Notes: a model not told the origin generated them from the sequence alone. A stretch of 64,000 nt of DNA from a virus (IMGVR_UViG_3300033144_001700:270-64269); one strand, 5' to 3'. Counted from the first letter of the stretch, positions 38,420-48,470 are shown. Translations and numbers: made by a program.

Positions 38420-39536
38420 TGGCTAGCTCGTCTGCAAACGCGCCGGATCGGGTCGCTCCACCGTTGCGGGATACGTGCTCTTCAAGACTTGTCTTGCTCT
38501 TAGCACCGCCGACGTGTAGCTCCCGGTAGAACATGAACCACAGAGCCTCGACCAACGCTGGCTCGGTCGGCTTGACCGCCTTCATCTTGATCCGCAAGTC
38601 CCACGCCAGGGCGATCAGCGCCGCCGCCTTAGGCAGCGTCAGCTTGTCGTCAGCGATGATCTTGTCGCGTACCGCCACTGTCACAGCATCGACCATCGCA
38701 GACGCGTCTCTGTGCGCCCTGAACGTCTTGTGTATCGCTTTCAACCCGTCCTCTACCTTGCCAGCACGAGCCGACTTAATGAACGCTGTCGCGAACTCGT
38801 CTAACCCACCAGGCCACAGCCGATAGAACTTGGTGTCGTTGATCGATCCTTTCAGCAGCGACAGTTGTTCGAGCATCATCAGCGCGTCGCGCAGTGATCC
38901 ATTCGCTCGCTTAGCGATCAGCTTCAACGGATCGCCTGTTCCTACCAGCAAGTTCTCGGCCTCGACCACCGTCGCCAACCTGTCCTCGATATCCTCGACG
39001 CGGATCGCGCCGTACTGGAACACAAGGCACCGGCTCTTGATCGTCTCCGGCACTTGGTCGAACTCGGTCGTTACGAGAATATACAGCACGTTTCTGGCTG
39101 GCTCTTCCAGTTGCTTCAGTAGCGCAGAGAACGCTGACGACGACATCGCGTGACACTCGTCAACGATAAAGATTCTGTAATCTCCGGAGTGTGACAACCG
39201 ACTCAACGATTGAAGATCTCGGATGCGATCGACGTGACCGGTTGTCGCGCCGTCCACTTCGAGCACAGCCGAATTGGTTCCGTTATAAATCGACTTGCAC
39301 TGATGGCACTCAGTACACGGATCGACTTGATCGCCTTCGCAGTTGAGCGCCGCCGCGACCACGCGCGCCAGGGATGTCTTGCCGCTGCCTCGCGTACCGA
39401 CCAGCAGCAGCGCAGTCGGCAGTTCTATCTCGTCAGCATGATAGCGATTGAGCATCGCCGTGATGACCTTTGTTACGTGGCTCTGTCCGTGAAAATCCGC
39501 GAGCGAGCGCGGCCTATACTTCAACGCGAACGGCAT
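38412..39536 (-). CDS. dnaX: DNA polymerase III clamp-loader gamma/tau-like ATPase
   Basis: ALKYRP, GTRGSGKT, LNC...PCTECHQC, IVDECH, LLKQLEEP, TIKSRC, GSLRDA. Confidence 0.93.
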   Translation of the reverse strand: MPFALKYRPRSLADFHGQSHVTKVITAMLNRYHADEIELPTALLLVGTRGSGKTSLARVVAAALNCEGDQVDPCTECHQCKSIYNGTNSAVLEVDGATTGHVDRIRDLQSLSRLSHSGDYRIFIVDECHAMSSSAFSALLKQLEEPARNVLYILVTTEFDQVPETIKSRCLVFQYGAIRVEDIEDRLATVVEAENLLVGTGDPLKLIAKRANGSLRDALMMLEQLSLLKGSINDTKFYRLWPGGLDEFATAFIKSARAGKVEDGLKAIHKTFRAHRDASAMVDAVTVAVRDKIIADDKLTLPKAAALIALAWDLRIKMKAVKPTEPALVEALWFMFYRELHVGGAKSKTSLEEHVSRNGGATRSGAFADELASG

Positions 39537-42393
39537 CTTTCGTCCTTTCTGTTGCGCACTTCGGGCAGATGTCGTCACCAGCCTCGCCGATGATGTCAGT
39601 CAACACCGGCTTGTCACACCGCTCGCAATAAATCGTGAACGCATCTTCGGTGGCCTCCACTTCGCTGAAGACCTTGTTCAACACTGCGGGATATCGCATC
39701 ACGTCTGACCGCTTGCCGATGATGGCGTTGGCCACGTCGTAAGGACTGTACCGAGTGCGCACAATCATGTTCAGCTTTACCGCTGTGCCGCTGACCGACA
39801 CCCACAAATCACTCGCCGCATCGTGGATGTTTATCTCTTCTTTCTGCGGGCCTGTTCTGTACTCAGTCGTGCGGACTATCATCGGATGGTAGTCCTTGGC
39901 GTTTATCTTCTTGACCGCTTCTCGCATCACCGACTCTGGCTGATCGACTTCAAGCTGCCACCACATCCCCGCACCGTATTTCTTCAACGACTTCGGGAAC
40001 GACCAAACCGATTCGATCTTCAAGCCGTGCGGTTCGAGACACGGATTCAGTAGACCGGGCAAATCGTTGATGTCGATGTCGTCAACGAATCCGAACTCGA
40101 CCAACTGCAATCCGGCGAAGCCTGTAAGGTTCGACTTGATCTTGTCGGTGATGTAGAACTGCGAGTCTATCGCTGGTGTCAGGCCAGCTTGGAACGCGGC
40201 ACGCCTGATCGCGAGCGTCCAATGCTTCGTGTCCACGTACCGTCGATACGAATCAACGGCACAGACCAGCGTCACGCGCGTGTTCACCGACCTGTGGTCG
40301 ATCGTCTTGATCTCTGACAGCTTAACCGGCTCGTCTTCCCTCAGCGCCAGTTCGGACATCATGGCCAAATGATCCTCGTCGCACGCGCCGCACGCTGTGC
40401 AACCGATCGTACACGCTCCGAACTTCTCAATGAAACCTGCACCGTAAACAGGGATCGGCGTACCGTCCGACTCTTTGCCAACCGGCTCGTCTCGCGCACG
40501 CTTCTGAATTTGGCGCCAGTGCCTGAGTAAATACGCCTTCGTGATCAGTGGATCGATCACGTCCCAGGCGAACACTTCGTCCTCATCTTTCGGTCGGTAG
40601 TAATCTCGGTAAGTCCGGTTGTGCGCCGCCAGGTGGCGCTCGATGATCTCGCCGATCCGCTTCGACATCGCGCCGTACGTTCCTATGTTGGCTTCAATCG
40701 TCGCATCGAGCATCGCTTCGGCTGCAACGTCGTCACACATCTCGGCCATCTGAACGTAGTTGCCTAGCCCGCTCTTAGTCTCGTCACCCATCTGTGTGCC
40801 GAATCCCAACGCCTGTATCGCGGCCATCGTGTCGCTCAGATTCCCGTCCATCCGCCGACACTCAGTCCACTGCAACGGCGTGCCGCCCTGCACCATCAAC
40901 GGCTTCCAACTGAAGCGCACCTTGATGTTGCTGTCAACGCTCTTGCGTAGAGCGTCGATCTTCCTAGCAGTCTCGACCATCTCCTTGTAATCTTCTTCAG
41001 TCTCGCCAGGTAGCGACGCCACCATGTAAACCTTCAGCGATCGATAGCCAGCAGCCAGCGCGTTGCTGACCGACTTCAAGATGTCGTCTTCGTTGATTCC
41101 CTTGCTGACGATCTCGCGTAGTTTCTGGCTCGATCCCTCGGCGGCGATCGTTGCAGTCTTCTTCTGTGCGTGAACTGCGACAAACCCGAAGACCGGATCG
41201 GCACCGAAGACATCGATCCTCAACGACGGCATCGATAGCTCTGGCGTGACCTCTTCTAAAATGCGCTTCATCAAAGACTTCTTGCGGCTGAACGTGCCGA
41301 ACTCCAACATCAACGGCGACACGTCAACGCACCCGGTGTTGCGCTGAGCTAGTTTGAAGTCGGCGAGCGTCTTGTCTTCCGACCGCTCACGGTACGGAGC
41401 CTCACGGAAGGTAGCCGCACAAAAGTTACAGTGGTAGGAGCAACCACGCGCCGCCTGAATCGTTCCCATCCCCATCCTTGGATCGTGAAAGATAACCGGT
41501 GGGTTGGTTGTGCTGGTCGCTTCCGTCAGGTTGCGGACGATCCTCTTGGTCGCCACCTTCGGCACGTCCCGCGTCATCTCCCATCCGGTAACGCGCCAGT
41601 TGCCTTTGACTTTCTTGTGCGAATACTTGACGAACTTCGGACACCACAAGAACGGGTATCGATTGACCAGAGCTTCTAACGCATCGTCTTTGTCGGTGGC
41701 GGTATCGAACGCTCCGGCTTCCTTCAGCTTGATGATGTCTCCCATCACCACGTTCCAGCCAGGGTTGTCCTGTGGCGCGCGTCTCGTCTCGCGTGGTGCC
41801 TTGCTGTCCTGTATCCACGACGCTCGCGCCTGTTGCTCCTTGGTCTCGTCTTCAGCCTCGCCACACCACACCAAATCGACAGTCGGCGAGACCAGCGACG
41901 GGTTGGCGAACGCGTGACCGCCCAAGATTATGAGCGGGTGCTTGTGCGTCCGCTCTGACCAGCGCACCGGTATGCCGGACATCCTCAACATCTTGATCTG
42001 GTTGACCCAGTACGGCATATAGTTGAGCGACATCGCCAACACGTCGTACTCGCCAAGCGCGTGCCGCGTCTCCAGGCCGAACATCGGGATGCCGTGCTTC
42101 TCCATCAGGCCGACCTCTTTGTGGCTGGTCGGGTAGTACACACGCTCGTGAATCCGCTCTACGCTGTCGTACTCGTTAGCGTGCTGATACAGCAAAGGGA
42201 TCGTGACGTTGCCTACCGACTGCACGTAATCGAAGCTCGCCATTATCGCGACGCGCAACCGCGCAGCATCCCACTGCTCCGGCGTCCAGCGATGCGCGTT
42301 CGGCTCGTCTCCGTAGTAGGCTTCCGGTGTATCGAACTTGTGCTGGTTGTCGGCGAGGAACTTGTTTACTTGTGTCGGTGTTTTGAGATTCAT
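39514..42393 (-). CDS. B12-binding-type radical SAM protein (TIGR03960-like) fused to DUF2344-like domain and Zn ribbon
   Basis: RGCSYHCNFC (CX3CX2C), GIPMFGLETRHALGEYD, LIILGGHAFANP, SMPSLRID, CTIGCTACGAC, RYVDTKHW..AIRRAAFQAGL, CERC...CPKC. Confidence 0.82.
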   Translation of the reverse strand: MNLKTPTQVNKFLADNQHKFDTPEAYYGDEPNAHRWTPEQWDAARLRVAIMASFDYVQSVGNVTIPLLYQHANEYDSVERIHERVYYPTSHKEVGLMEKHGIPMFGLETRHALGEYDVLAMSLNYMPYWVNQIKMLRMSGIPVRWSERTHKHPLIILGGHAFANPSLVSPTVDLVWCGEAEDETKEQQARASWIQDSKAPRETRRAPQDNPGWNVVMGDIIKLKEAGAFDTATDKDDALEALVNRYPFLWCPKFVKYSHKKVKGNWRVTGWEMTRDVPKVATKRIVRNLTEATSTTNPPVIFHDPRMGMGTIQAARGCSYHCNFCAATFREAPYRERSEDKTLADFKLAQRNTGCVDVSPLMLEFGTFSRKKSLMKRILEEVTPELSMPSLRIDVFGADPVFGFVAVHAQKKTATIAAEGSSQKLREIVSKGINEDDILKSVSNALAAGYRSLKVYMVASLPGETEEDYKEMVETARKIDALRKSVDSNIKVRFSWKPLMVQGGTPLQWTECRRMDGNLSDTMAAIQALGFGTQMGDETKSGLGNYVQMAEMCDDVAAEAMLDATIEANIGTYGAMSKRIGEIIERHLAAHNRTYRDYYRPKDEDEVFAWDVIDPLITKAYLLRHWRQIQKRARDEPVGKESDGTPIPVYGAGFIEKFGACTIGCTACGACDEDHLAMMSELALREDEPVKLSEIKTIDHRSVNTRVTLVCAVDSYRRYVDTKHWTLAIRRAAFQAGLTPAIDSQFYITDKIKSNLTGFAGLQLVEFGFVDDIDINDLPGLLNPCLEPHGLKIESVWSFPKSLKKYGAGMWWQLEVDQPESVMREAVKKINAKDYHPMIVRTTEYRTGPQKEEINIHDAASDLWVSVSGTAVKLNMIVRTRYSPYDVANAIIGKRSDVMRYPAVLNKVFSEVEATEDAFTIYCERCDKPVLTDIIGEAGDDICPKCATERTKDAVRVEV

Positions 42394-42400
42394 CTGTACT

Positions 42401-42429
42401 GGTATCGTAACTCAGCGACTCTTTGTCAA
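42401..42429 (-). promoter_or_regulatory. Putative class-II promoter TTGACA-N17-GATACC (leaderless radical SAM mRNA)
   Basis: ATG 7 nt after the -10 box with no RBS; -35 overlaps the sigma gene stop. Confidence 0.6.
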
Positions 42430-43088
42430 GCCAGTTCGTTAGCGCTGATGCGGCCCTGCAACCGTGAACGCAAGCCGTCAAGCGCCTCGTCGCGCAACGT
42501 CAGTACAGCCGTAACGCTGATGCCTCGGTTCCTCTCCTTCGCCAAAATGTTCCCGATCTGCGCCGCCGACATTCCGTGCGTGAGTAGCAGTATCACCGCA
42601 CACTGCCTAGGCGGGAGCGACGCCAAAGCTGCCACCAATTCACCGGTCACTTTTGGTGGCAACGAATCGTTGACTGCACTGTAAGTGTCGTCAGATGGAA
42701 GCTCGGCGGGATTTATATCCTCGATCGGCGTGGTGTGAACGTCTCGCGTTCGACTGTTATCTGACAGTCTTCGGATCGTATCGAACATCGCGCCACGTAT
42801 CCTGAGAAAGCTGAAGGAGCGAAACGTATAGCCGCTGTCCTTGTCGTATTTTTCCAGAGCTTGCAGCAGCCCGATCACGCCGACAGCAATCAAGTCTTCT
42901 TCGTCCACCAGGTGTGGGATCGGGTTCTCAATCTTCTTGCGCGCGATCGATCTAACGTAACCGATGTGAGCTTCGATGACCCTTGTTCGATTGGCTGAAG
43001 TGCTACGCTTGATGTACGCCAGCACTGGCGATCCTTTGCGCTCTCGCGCTGTACGCTTTTTCTTGACCGGCTTTTTCTTACTGACCAT
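42426..43088 (-). CDS. RNA polymerase sigma factor, FliA/WhiG-like
   Basis: EDLIAVGVIGLLQALEKYD...FRSFSFLRIRGAMFDTIR (region 2); LASLPPRQ...AQIGNIL (region 4). Confidence 0.85.
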   Translation of the reverse strand: MVSKKKPVKKKRTARERKGSPVLAYIKRSTSANRTRVIEAHIGYVRSIARKKIENPIPHLVDEEDLIAVGVIGLLQALEKYDKDSGYTFRSFSFLRIRGAMFDTIRRLSDNSRTRDVHTTPIEDINPAELPSDDTYSAVNDSLPPKVTGELVAALASLPPRQCAVILLLTHGMSAAQIGNILAKERNRGISVTAVLTLRDEALDGLRSRLQGRISANELA

Positions 43089-43650
43089 CCGGCACCAACA
43101 AAGCAAGTTTGTGCCGATCAATTTCCTCCACGAACCGCGCGACCTGAGCTTGGTCATAAGCGATCGCGTGTCGCATCTCGTAGTTGTGGCGCACCGCCCC
43201 AGGTTGATAGACGCCGATCACGTAGCACCCAACATCGTGTCGGAAGACAAAGCCGTGATCCTTCGACAGCTTCTCTATGCCACCGATGAACTTGCTCGCC
43301 TCAGCACCGACAGTGATCACCAGCACTGGCGCGATGATGTGGATGTAATGCCGGAGGTTCCAACTAAAACACGCCCTGTATTCTTCGTTGGTTGGCTTCC
43401 GATCCAGAGTGTGACACATCATGCTGTTCGTGAGGTACGTGTCTTCAGGCTTCAGTCCTGCACCCGTCAACCACTTCCTCAGCAGTAATCCATCCGGCCC
43501 GAACCACGGCGTGTTTTCCAAGTCTTCTTCCGGCCCAGGCTGACGGCCTACCACCATCACGTCGGCTGGCGTCGGGCCTTTACCGATCACCGGCTGACAC
43601 GCCGAGTCCCGCGCCGGACATTTGTGGCAACCCTTCGCCACCGCATCCAT
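43078..43650 (-). CDS. Uracil-DNA glycosylase family 4-like (start uncertain)
   Basis: CHKC, VMVVGRQPGPEED, YLTNSMMC...KPT..E..AC, YQPG. Confidence 0.85.
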   Translation of the reverse strand: MDAVAKGCHKCPARDSACQPVIGKGPTPADVMVVGRQPGPEEDLENTPWFGPDGLLLRKWLTGAGLKPEDTYLTNSMMCHTLDRKPTNEEYRACFSWNLRHYIHIIAPVLVITVGAEASKFIGGIEKLSKDHGFVFRHDVGCYVIGVYQPGAVRHNYEMRHAIAYDQAQVARFVEEIDRHKLALLVPDGQ

Positions 43651-43684
43651 CACGCGCCGCCGCTGTGCTGCGCCGGGATCGCGC

Positions 43685-44323
43685 TCAGACCACAGTGGCT
43701 GTAGCTGCGTCGCCATGCTTCTCGATCCTGTACGCCTTGTCAGCGTGCTCCAAGAATTCGTCCTGATGCGTAACCAGCACGACCTGAATTCCCAAGTCGC
43801 GTGACATCTTCTGAAGCAACTGCGCCATCGCTGGCACATACTCCGCGCTAAGGTGGGCGAACGGTTCGTCCAAGAACACAACCTTTTCTACGTCGAGCAA
43901 TCGGACGAACACCATCTGAAGGATCGAGCACGTCACCGCAACCACACCGCCACCGCGAGCGTCTAGCAAGTCGGTCTCTGTGCCGTTCTCGTTGATCAAC
44001 CTGAAGTCCACGTTCACGTTGTTGCCGCGAACCTTCGTGTTGATTTTGAATTGAATGGCTTCATCGAAGACCGCCAGCAAGCCAGCACTCACCACGCGCT
44101 CTATCCCTGCGGCGAACTCGGTCTGCACTTGCTCGGTCAGCAAGTGGAACAACGCTAAGACCTTATCCATCAACACGATCTCAGCGTCGTGCTCCTTGAT
44201 TTCTTTTTCAAATTGTCGCAGGTCACGGTTGATCTGCCTCGCCGTGCCTAGGTCGCGATCGAACCGACCTTTACGGATCAGCATCATCGATGCCAGTCGT
44301 TCGCCTGTAAGCCTCTCACTCAT
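43685..44323 (-). CDS. SbcC/Rad50-like ABC ATPase, C-terminal half
   Basis: Coiled coil, DARGGG signature-like motif, VFLDEPF Walker B/D-loop, LVTH switch. Confidence 0.82.
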   Translation of the reverse strand: MSERLTGERLASMMLIRKGRFDRDLGTARQINRDLRQFEKEIKEHDAEIVLMDKVLALFHLLTEQVQTEFAAGIERVVSAGLLAVFDEAIQFKINTKVRGNNVNVDFRLINENGTETDLLDARGGGVVAVTCSILQMVFVRLLDVEKVVFLDEPFAHLSAEYVPAMAQLLQKMSRDLGIQVVLVTHQDEFLEHADKAYRIEKHGDAATATVV

Positions 44324-45521
44324 TTAGCGTGCCGACTTTCTTCCTGCGGCGCTTCTTACGCTTCGGCTCTTCCCATCCTGCCGGAGCCTCGCGCTGTGGT
44401 CGCACAACGTCTGATCCCTTAGCGGCTTCGCCCAGGTCGGGCCGCAGTTGAACCAGCACGCCTAGAAATCCTTCCTCTTCGGCTTCCTCGAACCGGAGCA
44501 TCGTCCGGCGCGCTCCCTTGTCTTCGCCGATCAGCATCCGACACTCGTTAGATTCGATCGCTTCCAGCACATCAGCTAGATAATTGTGGTTCACTCCCAA
44601 CTCACGATCCTCACCCTTCCAGTAAACGTCCAACGTCTCTTCCGCTTCGTTGCCGTTCTTGTCCAACGTCGTCAGGGTCAGTGTGTCTTTGCTCAACACC
44701 ATCGTCAGGAAGTTCGTGTCATCATCGGCGGTCAGCGCCACGCGCGCCACAGCACTCGACAACGCCTTGACATCCATCCGCAATTCGTCGGTGAACTTCG
44801 CAGTCGGCGTGATCAAGGCGCGCTGCAAATCTGGATACTCGGTCGTGTGCTTCGCGGCGACCAAGATGTCGTCATCAAATTTGAAGCTGACCGCCTTCTT
44901 GGTTTCCCCGATTTCGATCTCGTCACTGGCCATCGTCCTGATCCGTCGCAGCACTTGCTCGACTGCCTTCGACGGGAATAGCACGTCACGTACGCCAGGG
45001 AAAGCGACACGCAACATCTTGCTGCCGTCCGTCGCTTGCAGCACACCGTCCTTGGCCTGAACAAACATATAGTTGGCGCGTATGTTGTCACTGGCAATCG
45101 CCGGTCGTACTCGCTTCAACGCCGACTCGAACTCTTCTCGGTTGACGACGTACGGCTTCCGGTGCTTGGTCTCGATCTGTGGGAAGTCATCGATTGTCGG
45201 CAACCTGATCTCCCACCGCGTTGCCTCAGTCGTGATCTTGCACAGCCCGTCCTCGATCTCAAACGCCATCTCGCCATCAGGTGCAGCGCGTACGATGTCC
45301 AGCGCCTTGATAGGCCAGGCGACGGTATCCGGCTCTTCGATCACGACCTGTTGCGTGTTAGCGATCATCGTCAACTCGCCGTCGCTGCCGATCAATGTCA
45401 GCCCATCACGGGCCTCAACCTTAATCGATTGCAGCGCAGTGATCGCGTTGTTGCGCGTCGTCACGCCGAACGCTTTCTCCATCAACGCCACGAGCACGTA
45501 TTGCTTGATTGTAATTTTCAT
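44316..45521 (-). CDS. dnaN: DNA polymerase III beta sliding clamp
   Basis: Three-domain ~400 aa protein; LIGSDGE, DDFP, ATDG, YPD, GVNHNYLADVL. Confidence 0.88.
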   Translation of the reverse strand: MKITIKQYVLVALMEKAFGVTTRNNAITALQSIKVEARDGLTLIGSDGELTMIANTQQVVIEEPDTVAWPIKALDIVRAAPDGEMAFEIEDGLCKITTEATRWEIRLPTIDDFPQIETKHRKPYVVNREEFESALKRVRPAIASDNIRANYMFVQAKDGVLQATDGSKMLRVAFPGVRDVLFPSKAVEQVLRRIRTMASDEIEIGETKKAVSFKFDDDILVAAKHTTEYPDLQRALITPTAKFTDELRMDVKALSSAVARVALTADDDTNFLTMVLSKDTLTLTTLDKNGNEAEETLDVYWKGEDRELGVNHNYLADVLEAIESNECRMLIGEDKGARRTMLRFEEAEEEGFLGVLVQLRPDLGEAAKGSDVVRPQREAPAGWEEPKRKKRRRKKVGTLNE

Positions 45522-45781
45522 TTAACCAACTCAACGATCTCTTCCGCCAGGTGTATCATCTCGTTATCGATTTCTGTGTGCTTCTTGTCAAGCAAGTCCA
45601 CGTCGGCTGTTCCGAATCTCTCGATCGCTCCGGCCTCGATCTCGCTGATCTGACCTTCCTCAGCGGCGATCTTTCCGTCCAGTTCGGCGATCTCGTTGCC
45701 TAGCTCCCTTGCTCTTTTGACTGCGCTCTCCACCTCGCTCGCGCTCAGTGGCTTCCTCGAAGCTGACTTCTTTGATGCCAT
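45518..45781 (-). CDS. Small coiled-coil protein
   Basis: Heptad pattern; lies within the split Rad50 cluster. Confidence 0.6.
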   Translation of the reverse strand: MASKKSASRKPLSASEVESAVKRARELGNEIAELDGKIAAEEGQISEIEAGAIERFGTADVDLLDKKHTEIDNEMIHLAEEIVELVK

Positions 45782-46550
45782 GTTTCCCTTCCTTCACAGT
45801 TGACGCCTTGTGCGTCTCTGAACACATCGACCGGCCTCGGTACTCGCAGAAGAAACAGTGTGGCCCCTGCGTTGCGACGCGGGTTGTCTTGCCTGTCGCC
45901 TTGGCGTGCGCCGCTCTCGCTAGTTCTCTTTCCCACGCGTCTATCTCTTCCTGTGATATCTCTCGGCTCTCGATCATCCTGCGCCGGAGTGGATACAGGA
46001 ACGCTATCCTGTCTACCCTCTGACCGTACATGGTACACGCGACCGCGTACGTCAATAGCTGGTCGGGTTTCCCTTTGCTCCGTTCATCGGAGTAAAACTT
46101 CCAATCGTAAACGGTGAACGTCTCTGGATCGTAGATGTCGAACGCGCCCTTGATCGCGTACCGTGGATCGCAAGCGAGCCGGACACTGAACCGCTTCTCG
46201 AACAACGCATCATGCTCCGGCAACTTCAAAGACCTGACGATCTTCTCGGCTCTCAGCGCGCCGACCACTGTCCGGCGCATCACTTCTTGCAGCTTGTCGA
46301 TCGGCAACGACACGCGCCGCGCCTTCGCAGTCTTCTTGAACATCGGCACGACGTGCCGCTTGATGTAGCCCTCGGCGAACTTCGTCTTCGACCAATCGTG
46401 TATCAGGTCGTGGCAGATCGAGCCGACCAAGAACGGGTACTGGTCTTTGCCAACGTACCGGTGATCAATATGGCGTAGGGTGTACTGCAACTGACACTCG
46501 TTGAAGCTCTGAATCTGAGACCAACTGACCTCTACTCTTTTATCGGACAT
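45660..46550 (-). CDS. PD-(D/E)xK exonuclease, Cas4/RecB-like
   Basis: SWSQIQSFNEC, GSICH, GAFD..YDWK, QLLTYA, CFFCEY...C (1+3 Cys). Confidence 0.85.
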   Translation of the reverse strand: MSDKRVEVSWSQIQSFNECQLQYTLRHIDHRYVGKDQYPFLVGSICHDLIHDWSKTKFAEGYIKRHVVPMFKKTAKARRVSLPIDKLQEVMRRTVVGALRAEKIVRSLKLPEHDALFEKRFSVRLACDPRYAIKGAFDIYDPETFTVYDWKFYSDERSKGKPDQLLTYAVACTMYGQRVDRIAFLYPLRRRMIESREISQEEIDAWERELARAAHAKATGKTTRVATQGPHCFFCEYRGRSMCSETHKASTVKEGKHGIKEVSFEEATERERGGERSQKSKGARQRDRRTGRKDRR

Positions 46551-47526
46551 CGAACAAAATCTGCCGTGCTTCAGCCCGAACCGATTTACTCTTGGTCAAC
46601 TTGTCGGCGGCGTCCGCCAACTCTTCGACAGTGACGGCCTTGACCTCAGCACTGCGTAACTGCTCAGTGAACTCCCTGATCGATTCATCTCTGAATTTCT
46701 CCATCTCTGCACTCTCCAGGCGGAACACTTCAGCAGCCGGTGCCGCCTGTAGTTCTTCGTAACGCGCAGTCACCGTCTTGTCGGTGACTTCGATCACTGC
46801 GACCTGTGGCGTGCGCTCAACATCGTTAGCCGTCAGCGATCCACGGGACAGCGCGCCAGGGTTCGAGACCACCGTGTGGCGACGCTTGCCGCTGCCGCGA
46901 CTGTACTGTACGACTCTATCCCAAGTATCCTCTCTGATCGATCTCAGCGGCTCTGGTACGTGGATGTGTCCATAGCAAATCACCCTTGCCCTTAGCTCGT
47001 CAAGCTCGTCAGGATGGATTGTATCGTAGTACGGGTTTGACTGCCAAGCGATCGGCGCGTGCGTGATCAGCACATCGCATCCGCGTGCCGCCTCTAGGAT
47101 CATCGCCGCGTCGATCTTGTAGTCCCACTCGACACCGAACATCTTGATCCCGTTGGCGTCGAACATTCCGTTCTCGCGTGTCAAGATCTCGACGTTCGGC
47201 ATATTCGCCAGCACGCCCAATGGTTGCCTGTCCATCGACTCGATCCGACCAGCGGACAAATCGTGGTTGCCGGGTACGATCAAAGAAACGACTTGGTAGT
47301 TGTCGCTCAGCAGTTGGCACCATCGGTTGACCAACGCGTGACTCACGCGAGTGGCCTGTGGGTTGTGGAATAAATCGCCAGTGAACACGACGTAGTTCGC
47401 GTCTTCCGCGTTCGCCAGGTCGAACGCCTCTTGCAGCTTCGCGAATATCTGGTCGTTGTAAAGCCGCGTCCGATTCCGTGGCGGCTTGTCGGACGTGTGC
47501 GGATCGTTGATCTGTACGAACTTCAA
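46540..47526 (-). CDS. SbcD/Mre11-like metallophosphoesterase nuclease
   Basis: NDPH, GDLFH, PGNHD, GHIH, NPGAL motifs. Confidence 0.9.
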   Translation of the reverse strand: MKFVQINDPHTSDKPPRNRTRLYNDQIFAKLQEAFDLANAEDANYVVFTGDLFHNPQATRVSHALVNRWCQLLSDNYQVVSLIVPGNHDLSAGRIESMDRQPLGVLANMPNVEILTRENGMFDANGIKMFGVEWDYKIDAAMILEAARGCDVLITHAPIAWQSNPYYDTIHPDELDELRARVICYGHIHVPEPLRSIREDTWDRVVQYSRGSGKRRHTVVSNPGALSRGSLTANDVERTPQVAVIEVTDKTVTARYEELQAAPAAEVFRLESAEMEKFRDESIREFTEQLRSAEVKAVTVEELADAADKLTKSKSVRAEARQILFDVR

Positions 47527-48470
47527 ATCCCGCTCACCTTCTGGCTGCACACCGGACAGATCTTGACCTTGGCTAGCTCGTGCTTCAACTGGCGCAGTTC
47601 GTCGCGCTTAACGCGACGCTTCGCTATCAGTCCCACGATCGTTCCGGTCTTGGTTTGTAGCTGAGTGTAGCTGGCGATCAGCCGATCTCTGTCCTGAGAC
47701 GCGCTGAGAAGCGCGTCAGCCACATCCTGCGCTGTGTCTACGGTGTTCTTCAACGCCTTCCACCGCTCAACGTCCACGATCTGCCTAGCGCGTCTCGTAC
47801 GAATCGCAAGCTGATCCGCCGAACAAGCGATCCCTAATGCCTCTAACTCGCCGTACTGCTTGATCTTGTCTCCGGCTTCGGCCAGGTTGCGTGCGTCGTC
47901 TTCGAGATACGCGTACGATTCCAACTCCAGTCTCGCTGCATCGCGATCGTTCTCGCGGACAGTGAGCAATCGCTTAGCCTGCTGCTGTCGCTTGCGCGCG
48001 GCTTGCGTTGCGAGGAAGAGAATGTTCACACCGCTTAGCTCGCCAAGCATCCGCGCTCGCGTGCTGGCTGGCACGCCCAACAGAAACGGCATCTCGAACT
48101 GACCGGCGAAGTTCGGCGTCATCGACTCGCTGCCAATTTTGATCTCGCCGATCTTCAACCGTGCCGCGATCTCTGGCGGCACCGTCCGGCCTGTCTTGTT
48201 GAAAGTGTCTTTACCCAGGACGTACGTCGAACTGCCTTCGCGCTTGTTCCACGCGACCGTCGTCTTGTCCGCCTCGATCACCACAGTTGCGTCCTTCGCC
48301 CCGTGTGAAACGAAGTCGTTGCCGCTGCGGTTGATCGCCAGGGCGCGAACCGCTCGGATGATCGCAGACTTCCCAACATCGGACTCGCCAACGATCACGG
48401 TGAACGGCTCTAACTCCAACGTCACATCGCGCAACGATTGGAAGTTGAGGATACTGATGCGATCAATCAC
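47523..48470 (-). CDS. SbcC/Rad50-like ATPase, N-terminal half ending in a CPVC zinc hook
   Basis: ISILNFQS, GESDVGKS Walker A, Q-loop AGQFE, coiled coil, terminal CPVC. Confidence 0.88.
   Translation of the reverse strand: MIDRISILNFQSLRDVTLELEPFTVIVGESDVGKSAIIRAVRALAINRSGNDFVSHGAKDATVVIEADKTTVAWNKREGSSTYVLGKDTFNKTGRTVPPEIAARLKIGEIKIGSESMTPNFAGQFEMPFLLGVPASTRARMLGELSGVNILFLATQAARKRQQQAKRLLTVRENDRDAARLELESYAYLEDDARNLAEAGDKIKQYGELEALGIACSADQLAIRTRRARQIVDVERWKALKNTVDTAQDVADALLSASQDRDRLIASYTQLQTKTGTIVGLIAKRRVKRDELRQLKHELAKVKICPVCSQKVSGI

Noticed and set aside
45660-46550. Cas4-like nuclease as evidence of a CRISPR-Cas system
   Set aside because: No repeat-spacer array or other cas genes seen; stand-alone Cas4/RecB-like exonucleases are common in phage recombination modules
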